Below, one piece after another: positions 37,131-51,033 of a stretch of DNA of 64,000 nt. This stretch comes from Luminiphilus sp. (GTDB lineage: Bacteria > Pseudomonadota > Gammaproteobacteria > Pseudomonadales > Halieaceae). Each line of letters starts with the position of its first letter. Position 1 is the stretch's first letter. The position numbers and the translations under genes were made by a program. The stretch spans positions 319 to 64,318 of the forward strand of contig CAXPKH010000068.1 of the NCBI GenBank assembly GCA_964217615.1, given 5' to 3'. Below the pieces are notes generated by a model, which had not been told where the DNA came from, did not search any database, and worked only from the letters and a program-made list of their open reading frames with translations.

Positions 37131-40100
37131 ATGCGCCTTAAATCCATCAAGCTGGCGGGCTTCAAGTCCTTTGTCGATCCCACGACAGTGCAGTTTCCCG
37201 GCAACATGTGCGCAGTGGTCGGTCCTAACGGGTGCGGAAAATCCAACATTATCGACGCCGTGCGCTGGGTGATGGGAGAGAGCTCTGCCAAGACCCTGCG
37301 GGGCGAGTCCATGACGGACGTTATTTTCAATGGCACCACGAGCCGTCAGCCGGTGAGTCAGGCCTCTATCGAACTCATATTTGATAACGCCCAGGGCAAG
37401 GTGGCCGGCGAATTTGCGGCCTACAACGAGATTTCGGTCCGACGGGTTGTTACTCGCGAGGCGCAATCCGAGTACTACCTGAACGGGGCTAAGTGCCGTC
37501 GCCGCGATATCACAGACCTCTTTCTGGGCACTGGCTTGGGGCCGCGCAGCTACGCCATCATCGAGCAGGGCGTGGTCTCTCGATTGATTGAGTCGAAGCC
37601 CGAAGAGCTGAGGGTTTTTATCGAAGAAGCTGCGGGGATCTCCAAGTACAAGGAGCGACGGCGTGAAACCGAAAGTCGAATGCGGCGGACCACTGAGAAT
37701 CTCGAACGGCTGACCGATCTTCGCGACGAACTGCAGCGGAACCTCGCGCACCTCGAGCGGCAGGCCAAGGCCGCGGAGAAATACGCAGATCTCAGGGCCG
37801 AAGAGCGCGTTACACAAAGTGAACTTTATGCCATTCAGTGGCGGGATTTGAACGCGGAGCGGAGTGAGGTGTCGGGTGAGCTTGGGGCGCTCGACATTAA
37901 ACGTGAGGCTGCCAAAGCCGATGTCGCACACACCTTGGCAGGTATAGAGGCGACTCGGTCGGATCAGGTCAATGCCGCGGACGCATTGAGTGAAGCGCAG
38001 GAAAAATTTTATGCCGTAGGCGGGGAGGTCACTCGCACCGAGCAGGCCTTGCGTTTTGCCCAGGAGCGGCGGGGCGAGTTACAGCGCGATCTGGAGCAGA
38101 CGCGGGTCTCTCTTGAGCAAACGCGGGAGCATCTGGCGGCCGACCGTAAACAGCTGCAGGAGTGGGAGGCCGAGCTGAGCCGACTGGAGCCGACATTGGC
38201 TGAGCAAAGAACGAGGGCCGCCGAGGCGGCGACTGCGCTTTCAGCGGCTGACCGCGCAGTTGAGCAGTGGTCGGAAAACTGGGACAGCTTTAACGAGGGT
38301 GCTCAGGGCCCGAGCAAAACTGCGGAGGTGCAGCAGAGCCGCATCGCCTATTTGGAGCAGGTGCTGGGTAAGCTGCAAGAGCGCAGACAGCAGTTACAGC
38401 AAGAGCAGGCCGCGCTCGATATCTCGGGTGATACTGGCGGCGCCCCGTATCTGGCGAACATTGAGGAGGCGGATCGAACGATCACAGAGCTCGAGTCGCA
38501 GATCTCGAATCTGCAGCAGGAGCTGTCGGAATCTCAGAGCGCCATCGAACAGGCCAGAAGCGAGCAGGATAGCGTGCGCGCTACGATTCAGGAATCTCGG
38601 GGACACATTGCCTCGCTGACCGCATTGCAGCAAGCGACACCGGATGACAGAGCGCGAATCGCATTGGATGACTGGGTGCGCTCATCTGCGTTGTCTGCTT
38701 TGGGCGGCGTTTACACGGCGCTTGAAGTCGAGCCCGGTTGGGATTCTGCAGTGGAGCAGGTATTGGCTGACAAACTCTCTGCATTACTGATCGCAGATGC
38801 TGATGTGAACAACCTGCCCAATATGCACGAGATCCCCGCCGGGGCTTTCTTGCTCGGTAATACCGATGTCGCTCCTGAGGCTGTCGAAGGTACGTTGGCG
38901 AATCGGGCGAAGGGACCACCAATCGTTATGCACTGGCTGTCCTGGGTAAAGACGGCAGCCGATTTGGGTGCGGCTCGAACGCTGCTCGCCGATTTGGCGG
39001 ATCACGAATCCGTTGTTACGCGCGATGGGCACTGGCTGGGTCGGGGATGGTATCGACATTATTCAGAGACAGATCCGGCGGCGGGTATGATCGCGCGGCA
39101 GGCTCAGCTGGATGCTCTCAATGAGCAGCTTGAGCAAAGCCGGTCGGAGGCAGACCGGATCGAGGGTGACATCAGGAGCTTGCTGGAGCAACGCACCGAA
39201 CTGGAAAAGTCCTTGGCGAGGGCACAACAAGCGTTGCAGGCGAATGTTAACGATCGGGCCGAATGGTTGGCCGAGCAAAGAGCGCTCGCTACCAAGTTAG
39301 AGCAACAGGCGCAACGTTTCAAAAGATTAGAGGAAGAAATTGCCGAGAGTGAGCGGCAGTATGAGCAGGAGCAGGCGAACCTTGCGGAGGCCAGGACGCA
39401 GCTATCCGAGGCGCTTGATCAAATGGAGCTCGATCGCATTGAGCGAGAGCGTCTCCAGACTGAGCGCGAACGCTTGACGGTGTCACAATCCGGTCAGCGT
39501 GAGTCATCCCGGATGGCGGCAGACGAACTGATGCGGGGAGAGTTGCAGGGCCAAAGTCTGGAGGCTCAAGCTGCCTCGATCAGAGAAACGATCTCTCGCA
39601 TGGAGTCTCAGCTGAAAGCGCTCGAATCTCGCGAAACTGAACTTCATCATACCCTGCCCTCGGGTGAAGACCCCGACGCAGAAATGAAAGCTCGATTGTC
39701 GGAGTTGCTAGAGCAGCGCATAACGGCTGAGGCTGACCTCAACAGCCAGCGCACGTTGGTCGGCGAAATTGATGTCAAGCTGCGCGGCCTTGAAGCACAG
39801 CGGATGGATCAAGAGCAGACGGTGAATAGCGTGCAAGGCGATATGGAGCAACTCCGCCTCCGCGAGGCGGAGAGCGCGGTTCGACTCCAGACGCTCGAAG
39901 AGGAAATCACTAAGAGAGACGCGGTCTTGCAGGAAGTGGTTTCATCTCTACCCGAGGAGGCGGAAGAGGCGGAATGGCTGAGCCGGGTTGAGCGCGCCGC
40001 TAACCGCATCAACCGACTGGGGCCTATTAACTTGGCCGCAATTGACGAGCACGCCAAGGCTGCGGAAAGAAAGCACTACCTCGACGCGCAGAACGATGAT

Positions 40101-40631
40101 CTTGAGGCCGCGCTAGAGACGCTGAAGACAGCTATCCGAAAGATCGACAAAGAGACTCGGCAGCGATTTAAAGATACTTTTGACCAAATTAATGCGGGTT
40201 TTGCCGAACTCTTTCCCAGAGTTTTTGGCGGGGGTACCGCCTCTCTAGAAATGACGGGCGACGATTTGTTGGATACAGGCGTCGCCATCTTTGCGCGACC
40301 GCCGGGGAAGAAAAACTCGACGATCCATTTGCTGTCAGGGGGTGAAAAAGCGATGACGGCGATCGCGCTGGTATTCTCGATTTTTCAGCTTAATCCGGCG
40401 CCGTTTTGTATGCTTGATGAGGTCGATGCGCCACTGGATGACGCCAATGTGGGGCGTTATGCGAGATTGGTGAGGGAGATGTCTGAACGGGTTCAGTTCG
40501 TTTTTATCACGCATAACAAGATAACGATGGAGTCTGCAGATCAGTTGATGGGTGTAACCATGCAAGAGCCAGGTGTGTCTCGGCTTGTTAGCGTTGACGT
40601 AGAAGAGGCGGCACAGCTCGCAGCGAGCTAG
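37131..40631 (+). CDS. smc: Chromosome segregation protein SMC
   Basis: MRLKSIKLAGFKSF, GPNGCGKSN, long coiled coils, LSGGEKA, LDEVDAPLDD. ATG at 37131. Confidence 0.96.
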   Translation: MRLKSIKLAGFKSFVDPTTVQFPGNMCAVVGPNGCGKSNIIDAVRWVMGESSAKTLRGESMTDVIFNGTTSRQPVSQASIELIFDNAQGKVAGEFAAYNEISVRRVVTREAQSEYYLNGAKCRRRDITDLFLGTGLGPRSYAIIEQGVVSRLIESKPEELRVFIEEAAGISKYKERRRETESRMRRTTENLERLTDLRDELQRNLAHLERQAKAAEKYADLRAEERVTQSELYAIQWRDLNAERSEVSGELGALDIKREAAKADVAHTLAGIEATRSDQVNAADALSEAQEKFYAVGGEVTRTEQALRFAQERRGELQRDLEQTRVSLEQTREHLAADRKQLQEWEAELSRLEPTLAEQRTRAAEAATALSAADRAVEQWSENWDSFNEGAQGPSKTAEVQQSRIAYLEQVLGKLQERRQQLQQEQAALDISGDTGGAPYLANIEEADRTITELESQISNLQQELSESQSAIEQARSEQDSVRATIQESRGHIASLTALQQATPDDRARIALDDWVRSSALSALGGVYTALEVEPGWDSAVEQVLADKLSALLIADADVNNLPNMHEIPAGAFLLGNTDVAPEAVEGTLANRAKGPPIVMHWLSWVKTAADLGAARTLLADLADHESVVTRDGHWLGRGWYRHYSETDPAAGMIARQAQLDALNEQLEQSRSEADRIEGDIRSLLEQRTELEKSLARAQQALQANVNDRAEWLAEQRALATKLEQQAQRFKRLEEEIAESERQYEQEQANLAEARTQLSEALDQMELDRIERERLQTERERLTVSQSGQRESSRMAADELMRGELQGQSLEAQAASIRETISRMESQLKALESRETELHHTLPSGEDPDAEMKARLSELLEQRITAEADLNSQRTLVGEIDVKLRGLEAQRMDQEQTVNSVQGDMEQLRLREAESAVRLQTLEEEITKRDAVLQEVVSSLPEEAEEAEWLSRVERAANRINRLGPINLAAIDEHAKAAERKHYLDAQNDDLEAALETLKTAIRKIDKETRQRFKDTFDQINAGFAELFPRVFGGGTASLEMTGDDLLDTGVAIFARPPGKKNSTIHLLSGGEKAMTAIALVFSIFQLNPAPFCMLDEVDAPLDDANVGRYARLVREMSERVQFVFITHNKITMESADQLMGVTMQEPGVSRLVSVDVEEAAQLAAS

Positions 40632-40642
40632 GGATTCGGGTA

Positions 40643-44356
<3,714 letters not shown>

Positions 44357-44376
44357 TGCGATGGGCTGGCGCTCGT

Positions 44377-44410
44377 CTGTCATAGAATTGTCACGGAAGT
44401 GAGGTGTAAT
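44377..44410 (+). promoter_or_regulatory. Pho box and -10 of phoBR
   Basis: CTGTCAT-AGAA-TTGTCAC (44377-94), close to the consensus, followed 10 nt later by TGTAAT. Confidence 0.85.
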
Positions 44411-44444
44411 AGCTGTTTTTCAAGCGATTAGAGGCTATTGAAGC

Positions 44445-45155
44445 GTGACTGCAACAAAAGTGCTGTTGGTCGACGATGAAGGGAGCATCAGAGAAATGCT
44501 TCGTCTTGCGCTGGAGATGGCGGGCTTTGAATGTCTAGAGGCCGGTGACATTCACGAAGCACATCAATTGGTCACTGACCACGCCCCTGACATCATCTTG
44601 CTCGACTGGATGCTGCCCGGGGGAAGCGGTATCGACCTGCTGCGCAGGCTCAAGGGAGCGGACTCGACCCAAAATATTCCAGTCATTATGCTCACGGCCA
44701 AGAGCCACGAAGATAACGTGATTCAGGGTCTTGATGTGGGCGCCGACGATTACATTACTAAGCCCTTTGCGCCCAAGGAGCTCATTGCACGCATGCGGGC
44801 AATTTTGCGTCGTCTGTCTGGCGCTACAGGGGGAGATACCCTGACGGTGGGCGGGCTCGTATTGGAGGTGGACAGCCACCGCGTGTCATTAGATTCTCGC
44901 GCGCTAATCATGGGCCCAACCGAATTTAAGTTGTTGCATTTTTTTATGGCGCATCCCGAGCGTGCGTATACGAGAGCCCAATTGCTTGATCACGTTTGGG
45001 GAGCCAACGTTTATGTGGAGGAGCGCACCGTGGATGTGCATATTCGGCGCCTAAGGAAAGTCTTGCAGGAGGTCGATGCAACGTACAGTGATTTGATTCA
45101 GACCGTACGAGGCACGGGCTATCGATTTTCTCCAAGAGATCTTAACGCCGTTTGA
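44445..45155 (+). CDS. phoB: Phosphate regulon response regulator PhoB
   Basis: LLDWMLPGGSG, GADDYITKPF, MGPTEFKLLHFFM.HPER, VYVEERTVDVHIRRLRK, with an upstream Pho box. Confidence 0.95.
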   Translation: MTATKVLLVDDEGSIREMLRLALEMAGFECLEAGDIHEAHQLVTDHAPDIILLDWMLPGGSGIDLLRRLKGADSTQNIPVIMLTAKSHEDNVIQGLDVGADDYITKPFAPKELIARMRAILRRLSGATGGDTLTVGGLVLEVDSHRVSLDSRALIMGPTEFKLLHFFMAHPERAYTRAQLLDHVWGANVYVEERTVDVHIRRLRKVLQEVDATYSDLIQTVRGTGYRFSPRDLNAV

Positions 45156-46453
45156 GTAGTCCAGGCCTCATTGCGCTGGAGTATCGAAGAGTCCTGTTGG
45201 CAGCAGGGCTGGGCTTTGGGTGCTGGATGATCACGGACGACCCATTGGGCGCGATCCTGGTCGCGCTGATACTCTTGATACTCCTGTGGGCCTGGCAGTT
45301 ATCGAGGCTCTACCGGTGGTTTGCCAATCCCGATGATTTACCTCCTCTCGGTGATGCCGCCGTTCGTGGCGTATTGCGCGATGTCTATGTACTCAGGAAC
45401 CGGGGGTTGAGTGGGACGAGCACAGCGTCCCCCTCTCGTGCCTATCGCAAGGAGTCCATCGAATCCATGCGAGAGGCGGCCATGATTCTCAACTCCCGTG
45501 ACGAATTGTTGTGGTGTAACGCTGCGGCGGAGTATGTGCTGAAGATTCAGCTGGTGGAGGAAGAGGGAAAGCGCCTCCCTGATTTGCTTCCCGGCAAGGC
45601 CTTGGCCAAATACCTTCGGCAGGAGAATTTTCAAAAACCATTGAGATTCAGGCCGGGTCCGGATCCTGAGTTCTGTCTGCAGTTGGAATTTTCCCGGTTT
45701 GGTGAGAGTGACCGGCTGGTATTTGTAAAAGATGTGTCCGAACAGGATAGGCTGGAGCGGATGCGCCGCGACTTCGTGGGGAATGTCTCGCATGAATTGC
45801 GGACGCCACTCACCGTGATTAAAGGCTACATTGAGACGCTTCCTTCTTTGAGCGTTGAGCTCCATGCCGCGTTGAAGAAACCTTTTGCCACGATGGCGAC
45901 GCAAGTAGTGCGAATGGAGAATTTGATCGCTGACCTGCTGTGGCTAACGCAGATTGAGACGGTAGAGGGCGAGCGCAAAGAGGACATTGTTGATGTGCGG
46001 GCTTTAATCTCAACATTGGTGACGGAGTTGCGTTCTGCCTGGCCAGACCGCGACATTGAGCTGAACGTGAAGTCAAGCAAGCGGCTCCTCGGTGACGAAC
46101 GCGAGTTACTCAGTGCGATCAGCAATTTGACGGTTAACGCCCTGAAGTACAGTGAGTCAGGTCCTGTCAGTGTCAGTTGGATGGATTCTGCTGTTGGACC
46201 GGTACTGAAGGTGGAGGACGAGGGGCAGGGTATTGCCGCAAAACATATCCCGCGGCTCACCGAACGGTTTTACCGTGTGGATAAAAGTCGCAGTCAGAAG
46301 ACTGGAGGCACGGGACTCGGACTGGCCATCGTAAAGCATGTTGCCGTGTCCCATGAGGCCAAATTGTTTGTCGAGAGTGAGCCGGGAAAGGGTAGTTGTT
46401 TTAGTTTGGTCTTCCCAGCCTCGCGAAGCACTGATAGCGATACAGCCTCCTAA
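45152..46453 (+). CDS. phoR: Phosphate regulon sensor kinase PhoR
   Basis: PAS-like region, RRDFVGNVSHELRTPLTV, RLTERFYRVDKSRS, GGTGLGLAIVKH. Confidence 0.93.
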   Translation: MSSPGLIALEYRRVLLAAGLGFGCWMITDDPLGAILVALILLILLWAWQLSRLYRWFANPDDLPPLGDAAVRGVLRDVYVLRNRGLSGTSTASPSRAYRKESIESMREAAMILNSRDELLWCNAAAEYVLKIQLVEEEGKRLPDLLPGKALAKYLRQENFQKPLRFRPGPDPEFCLQLEFSRFGESDRLVFVKDVSEQDRLERMRRDFVGNVSHELRTPLTVIKGYIETLPSLSVELHAALKKPFATMATQVVRMENLIADLLWLTQIETVEGERKEDIVDVRALISTLVTELRSAWPDRDIELNVKSSKRLLGDERELLSAISNLTVNALKYSESGPVSVSWMDSAVGPVLKVEDEGQGIAAKHIPRLTERFYRVDKSRSQKTGGTGLGLAIVKHVAVSHEAKLFVESEPGKGSCFSLVFPASRSTDSDTAS

Positions 46454-46486
46454 CTCTTTTCTGATCCTTGATTTTGTCTTGTGCCG

Positions 46487-46515
46487 CTGACATTAGTGGT
46501 CGCAACGGTTAGCAT
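46487..46515 (+). promoter_or_regulatory. sigma70-type promoter for hisC
   Basis: CTGACA-N17-TAGCAT. Confidence 0.45.
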
Positions 46516-46541
46516 GAGCGCGCTAGGTGCGGGTGTTCGTT

Positions 46542-47606
46542 ATGAGTCGATTTTGGGTAGAAGGGATCTCCTCTCTGAGACCCTATGTGCCGGGTGAGCA
46601 GCCCGACGCGCAAAGTTGCTTGAAGCTCAATACCAACGAGCACGCTCTACCGCCCTCCGACGCTGTGATGTCTGCGATCTCTTCCCTGTCGGGAGAGTCC
46701 CTGCGCCGCTACCCTGACCCCACCGCCAAATCACTCAGGGCCGCAATAGCCCAGCAGGAAGGACTGGTGGCTGAGCAGATTTTTGTTGGTAACGGTTCGG
46801 ACGAGGTTTTGGCACACCTGTGGGCTGCTTTTCTTGCTAATGGCCCAGTCTGTAGCGTCGATATTACCTACGGCTTTTATCCTGTCTGGTGTCAGCTCTA
46901 TGGGTCCTCGCTCACCCAATATCTGTTGTTGGATGACTTCGCCGTCGATATTGAGGCTCTGTCCAACGCTAAGGGCGCGCTCGTGCTCGCTAACCCCAAT
47001 GCCCCAACGGGCCTTGCGCTATCGCGTGCTGTAGTCGAGCGCCTGGTTGCAGCGAATAGTAACCGGCTGGTGATCATCGACGAGGCCTATTATGGATTCG
47101 GCGCTGAAACCTCAGCTCCCCTCATCAATCAATATGACAACCTGATTGTCACGCGCAGCCTGTCCAAGAGCCACAGTCTGGCGGGGATGCGTGTCGGGTA
47201 CGCCTTGGCCCATCCGGATCTCGTAGATGGGTTGAATAGGATCAAAGACTCGTTTAACTCCTATCCTTTGGACGCCGTAGCGCAAACAGCTGCCTGTGCG
47301 GCCATCGAAGATACAGCGTGGTTTGCCCACGCATCGGCAGTGGTTGTCGACAGTCGGCAGCGAATGACTCAGGGGCTGCAACGAATGGATTTTGATGTGC
47401 TCCCCTCGCAGGCGAACTTTGTATTTACCCGCCACAAGTCAAAGGGTGGCTTGGCGTTGTTTGAGGCGTTGCGACAGCGCAATATTCTGGTGCGCAGATG
47501 GGATAATCCGAAAATCGTGGATTGGCTGCGCGTATCGATCGGCACCCTAGAGCAAACGCAGCTGTTGCTAGCGGCGTTAGCCGAGATTCTCGATAGCGTT
47601 GACTAA
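46542..47606 (+). CDS. hisC: Histidinol-phosphate aminotransferase
   Basis: PYVPGEQP, KLNTNE, RYPDP, GNGSDE, NPNAPTG, IDEAY, RSLSKSHSLAGMRVG. Confidence 0.88.
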   Translation: MSRFWVEGISSLRPYVPGEQPDAQSCLKLNTNEHALPPSDAVMSAISSLSGESLRRYPDPTAKSLRAAIAQQEGLVAEQIFVGNGSDEVLAHLWAAFLANGPVCSVDITYGFYPVWCQLYGSSLTQYLLLDDFAVDIEALSNAKGALVLANPNAPTGLALSRAVVERLVAANSNRLVIIDEAYYGFGAETSAPLINQYDNLIVTRSLSKSHSLAGMRVGYALAHPDLVDGLNRIKDSFNSYPLDAVAQTAACAAIEDTAWFAHASAVVVDSRQRMTQGLQRMDFDVLPSQANFVFTRHKSKGGLALFEALRQRNILVRRWDNPKIVDWLRVSIGTLEQTQLLLAALAEILDSVD

Positions 47607-47616
47607 GGTCGAAGGG

Positions 47617-48741
47617 TTAACGACGGCGCAACACAATAGAGCCGATGCTGTAGCCGGCTCCAAATGAGCAGAGGACTGCTAAATCGCCGCTGTTTAGGTC
47701 CTGGTTGTGCTTGTGGAAGGCAATGATTGAGCCGGCCGAGGATGTGTTGGCGTACTCGTCGAGAATCGTGGGGGCTTCTTCCTCTGTGGGTGTTCTGCCA
47801 AAAACCTTTCGCGCAATTAAATCGTTCATGTTTTGGTTGGCCTGATGTAACCAGATACGTTTTACCTCATCCGGTGCCATCTCCAGCTCGGCCAGTTGTT
47901 CGGTAATTTGTGTGGCGACCGCGGGGCAAACCTCCTTAAACACCTTTCTACCTTCCTGCACAAACAGTTTGTCTACGCTGCCCACACCGGCTTCATCTGC
48001 GCGGTTGAGAAATCCGAAATTGTTGCGAATATTATTGGAAAAGAGCGTCTGAAGCCGTGAATCGACCACATCCCAACCCACACCATCGGCTATTTCGCTC
48101 GCTGCTTCTAATAAGACCGCTGTCGCAACATCGCCAAAAATAAAATGGGAATCCCGGTCTCTGAAGTTGAGGTGTCCGGTACAGATCTCAGGATTGACCA
48201 TCAACACCTTCTTTGCGCTTCCTGAGCGAATCGCGTCACTGGCTTGCTGGATGCCAAATGTTGCCGAGGAGCAGGCAACATTCATGTCAAAAGCAAACCC
48301 GGTCGCACCCAGTGCCGCCTGCACTTCGATGGCCATGGCTGGGTAGGCGCGCTGCATATTAGAAGCCGCGACTATAACCATATCGATTTGATTGGCAGTG
48401 ACTCCGGCCTGCTCCATCGCCTCTCGAGCTGCTGCGCAGGCGATTTCGCACATCACGGAAGGTGAGTCGTTGCTGCGCTCTCGAATGGACGGCACCATTC
48501 TGGTTGGATCAAGAATCCCCGCTTTGTCGATGACATAACGACTTTTGATGCCCGACGCCTTCTCAATAAACTCAACTGAGGAGTGCATTTTCTGCTCGCG
48601 CTCACCGCGCTCAATGGCTTCGGCATGCTCAGCGTTATAGAGGTCAACCCAGGCATTAAAAGCAGTGACAAGCTCTTCATTGCTGATGGCGTTGGCGGGC
48701 GTGTACAAACCCGAGCCGGTAATGACTGCGCCGGGCGTCAT
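47617..48741 (-). CDS. Beta-ketoacyl-ACP synthase III (FabH-like, Pseudomonas PA3286 type)
   Basis: SGIKSRY, DMNVACSS, FIFGD, FSNNIRNNFGFLNR, QEGRKVFKEV, LHQAN, NTSSAG, SFGAGYS. Confidence 0.85.
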   Translation of the reverse strand: MTPGAVITGSGLYTPANAISNEELVTAFNAWVDLYNAEHAEAIERGEREQKMHSSVEFIEKASGIKSRYVIDKAGILDPTRMVPSIRERSNDSPSVMCEIACAAAREAMEQAGVTANQIDMVIVAASNMQRAYPAMAIEVQAALGATGFAFDMNVACSSATFGIQQASDAIRSGSAKKVLMVNPEICTGHLNFRDRDSHFIFGDVATAVLLEAASEIADGVGWDVVDSRLQTLFSNNIRNNFGFLNRADEAGVGSVDKLFVQEGRKVFKEVCPAVATQITEQLAELEMAPDEVKRIWLHQANQNMNDLIARKVFGRTPTEEEAPTILDEYANTSSAGSIIAFHKHNQDLNSGDLAVLCSFGAGYSIGSIVLRRR

Positions 48742-48747
48742 GGCGAG

Positions 48748-50043
48748 CTACCGTTTATCCAAGGGGATAAAGTCGCGCTGAGCTTGTCCGGTATAGAGCT
48801 GCCTGGGCCTCCCGATTCGGTATGCGTTACTCATCATTTCATTCCAGTGCGCAATCCATCCTACCGTACGTCCAATGGCAAAGATCACCGTGAACATTGA
48901 AGTGGGAATACCCAGCGCCTTGAGAATGATTCCGGAGTAAAAGTCCACGTTGGGATAGAGTTTCTTTTCAATGAAGTACTCGTCTTTCAGCGCAATCTCT
49001 TCCAGGCGTTTGGCGATTTCCAGCATCTCGTCTTCGATGCCGAGCTCAGCAAGCACCTCATCTGCGGCTTGCTTCATGACCTTGGCGCGGGGGTCAAAGT
49101 TTTTATAGACCCGGTGCCCAAAGCCCATCAACCGGAAGGGATCGTCTTTATCTTTGGCCCGCGCGATGAACTCGTCAATGCGCGCTACTGAGCCAATTTC
49201 TTCCAACATCTTCACGACGGCCTCGTTGGCACCCCCGTGGGAGGGGCCCCACAGCGCTGCAATACCCGCGGCAATACAGGCAAAGGGATTGGCCTGAGAT
49301 GATCCGGCAAGCCTGACCGTAGACGTAGAGGCATTCTGCTCATGGTCTGCATGAAGCAAAAATATACGGTCCATTGCCCGAGCAATCGTTGGCGATACTG
49401 TTGTTTTCTCGCAGGGATTACCGAACATCATATGAAGAAAGTTTGCGGCATAGTCCAGGCTGTTGTCGGGGTACATGAAGGGCTGACCGATCGAAAACTT
49501 GTAGCTCATCGCGGCAATGGTCGGCATTTTCGCGATCAAGCGGAATGCGGCGACCTCTCGGTGCCAAGGATCTGAGATGTCAGTGGAGTCGTGGTAGAAC
49601 GCTGACAGTGCGCCGACTACACCGCACATGATGGCCATGGGGTGAGCGTCTCTGCGGAACCCGTTGAAAAAAGTTCTGATCTGCTCGTGAACCATCGTGT
49701 GGCGGGTCATGATGCCGACAAACTCTTGTTTTTGCTCTGCGGTGGGAAGCTCACCATTCAACAGCAAATAGCAGGTTTCGAGATAGTCAGAGTGCTCTGC
49801 CAATTGCTCTATCGGGTAACCTCGATGAAGCAGAATGCCCTTCTCGCCATCGATGAAAGTGATTTGAGACTCACAGGCTGCGGTCGATGTGAATCCAGGG
49901 TCGTAGGTAAAGTACCCATTGGCGGTAAGGCTCCCAACGTCAACCACGTCGGGGCCTAAGGTGCCAGTATGAACAGCCAAGTCTATGGCGTGTTGAGACC
50001 CGTTGTCGTCTGTAATGTTGAGCGTTGCTTTTTTATCGGACAT
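48748..50043 (-). CDS. gltA: Citrate synthase (type II)
   Basis: [42 protein letters not shown] at 50043. Confidence 0.97.
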   Translation of the reverse strand: MSDKKATLNITDDNGSQHAIDLAVHTGTLGPDVVDVGSLTANGYFTYDPGFTSTAACESQITFIDGEKGILLHRGYPIEQLAEHSDYLETCYLLLNGELPTAEQKQEFVGIMTRHTMVHEQIRTFFNGFRRDAHPMAIMCGVVGALSAFYHDSTDISDPWHREVAAFRLIAKMPTIAAMSYKFSIGQPFMYPDNSLDYAANFLHMMFGNPCEKTTVSPTIARAMDRIFLLHADHEQNASTSTVRLAGSSQANPFACIAAGIAALWGPSHGGANEAVVKMLEEIGSVARIDEFIARAKDKDDPFRLMGFGHRVYKNFDPRAKVMKQAADEVLAELGIEDEMLEIAKRLEEIALKDEYFIEKKLYPNVDFYSGIILKALGIPTSMFTVIFAIGRTVGWIAHWNEMMSNAYRIGRPRQLYTGQAQRDFIPLDKR

Positions 50044-50077
50044 GTCCCTTCGCGCCGGTTGTGAATAAAGAGGCGTC

Positions 50078-50106
50078 AAACTAATCGTGCCTGCGGGGGA
50101 TGTCAA
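50078..50106 (-). promoter_or_regulatory. sigma70 promoter of gltA
   Basis: Minus strand TTGACA-N17-TAGTTT. Confidence 0.7.
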
Positions 50107-50145
50107 TTTGCGCGGCGTTGATACTCGCTATTTCCGCGTCAAAAA

Positions 50146-50174
50146 TTGTATTCAAGGATTTGCCAACTTATACT
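50146..50174 (+). promoter_or_regulatory. sigma70 promoter of sdhCDAB
   Basis: TTGTAT-N17-TATACT. Confidence 0.65.
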
Positions 50175-50243
50175 CCGGGCCGCGGGTCGCCACGCTCCGA
50201 CGATGGTAGACCCAATACCCATCACAGAATTTCGAGAGCCAAT

Positions 50244-50630
50244 GTGAAACCGACATTAAGGGACAAGCGCCCGGTTAATCTGGATTTGGGCACCATCAAC
50301 CTGCCCGTCACAGCTTATGCCTCTATCACCCATCGTGTGACCGGTGTGTTGATGTTTTTTGCCAGCTTCCTCTTGCTTTGGGCTTTGGATCAGAGCCTGG
50401 CCTCTGAGGCTTCATTCTTGGCGTTGGTCGAGACGCTGGGGTCCCCGCTGGCGAAATTGGCGATGTGGTTGATCGCGACGTTTTTGAGTTATCACGCGCT
50501 TGCGGGCATCAAACACTTAATCATGGATGCGGGGATTGGAGAGACCATGCGTGGCGGTGTTCTTGGTGCACGGCTGGTATTTGCGAGTGCCGCCCTTGCA
50601 GCGGCGTTATGGGGAGTGGCGATATGGTGA
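50244..50630 (+). CDS. sdhC: Succinate dehydrogenase cytochrome b556 subunit
   Basis: KRPVNLDL, SITHRVTG, YHALAGIKHLIMD. GTG 50244 inferred as the start. Confidence 0.92.
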   Translation: MKPTLRDKRPVNLDLGTINLPVTAYASITHRVTGVLMFFASFLLLWALDQSLASEASFLALVETLGSPLAKLAMWLIATFLSYHALAGIKHLIMDAGIGETMRGGVLGARLVFASAALAAALWGVAIW

Positions 50631-50983
50631 CATCCGTTACCAGCTTCAGTCGAACAGGGCTCTCGGATTGGCTGATCCAGCGCGTGACCTCGGTGATTCT
50701 GCTTGCCTACTTTATTTTTGTTGCCTACCACTTGGGCGCTTCAGTTGACTACACTTCTTGGCGAGGTTTGTTCGATCAGACTTGGGTCAAAGTGTTCACG
50801 CTGCTGGCTGCGCTGTCTTTAGCAGCACACAGCTGGATAGGATTGTGGTCAGTCTTTACGGACTACTTGACTGAACGAATGTTGGGCGCGATGGGTAATG
50901 TGCTTCGGCTGTTGTGTCAGTTGGGCGCATCGCTGGCGCTGGTTGTGTATGTGATCTGGGTAGTGGTGATTGTCTGGAACTGA
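50624..50983 (+). CDS. sdhD: Succinate dehydrogenase membrane anchor
   Basis: GLSDWLIQRVT, HSWIGLWSVFTDY. Confidence 0.93.
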   Translation: MVTSVTSFSRTGLSDWLIQRVTSVILLAYFIFVAYHLGASVDYTSWRGLFDQTWVKVFTLLAALSLAAHSWIGLWSVFTDYLTERMLGAMGNVLRLLCQLGASLALVVYVIWVVVIVWN

Positions 50984-51033
50984 TCAGCGGGACGGTCAGT
51001 GATGGCCCCAATGCCTAAAAGAACGAGAAGAGT

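Noticed and set aside
37017-37931. 304-aa antisense ORF opposite smc
   Set aside because: Shadow ORF fully opposite the conserved smc head; no recognisable motifs.
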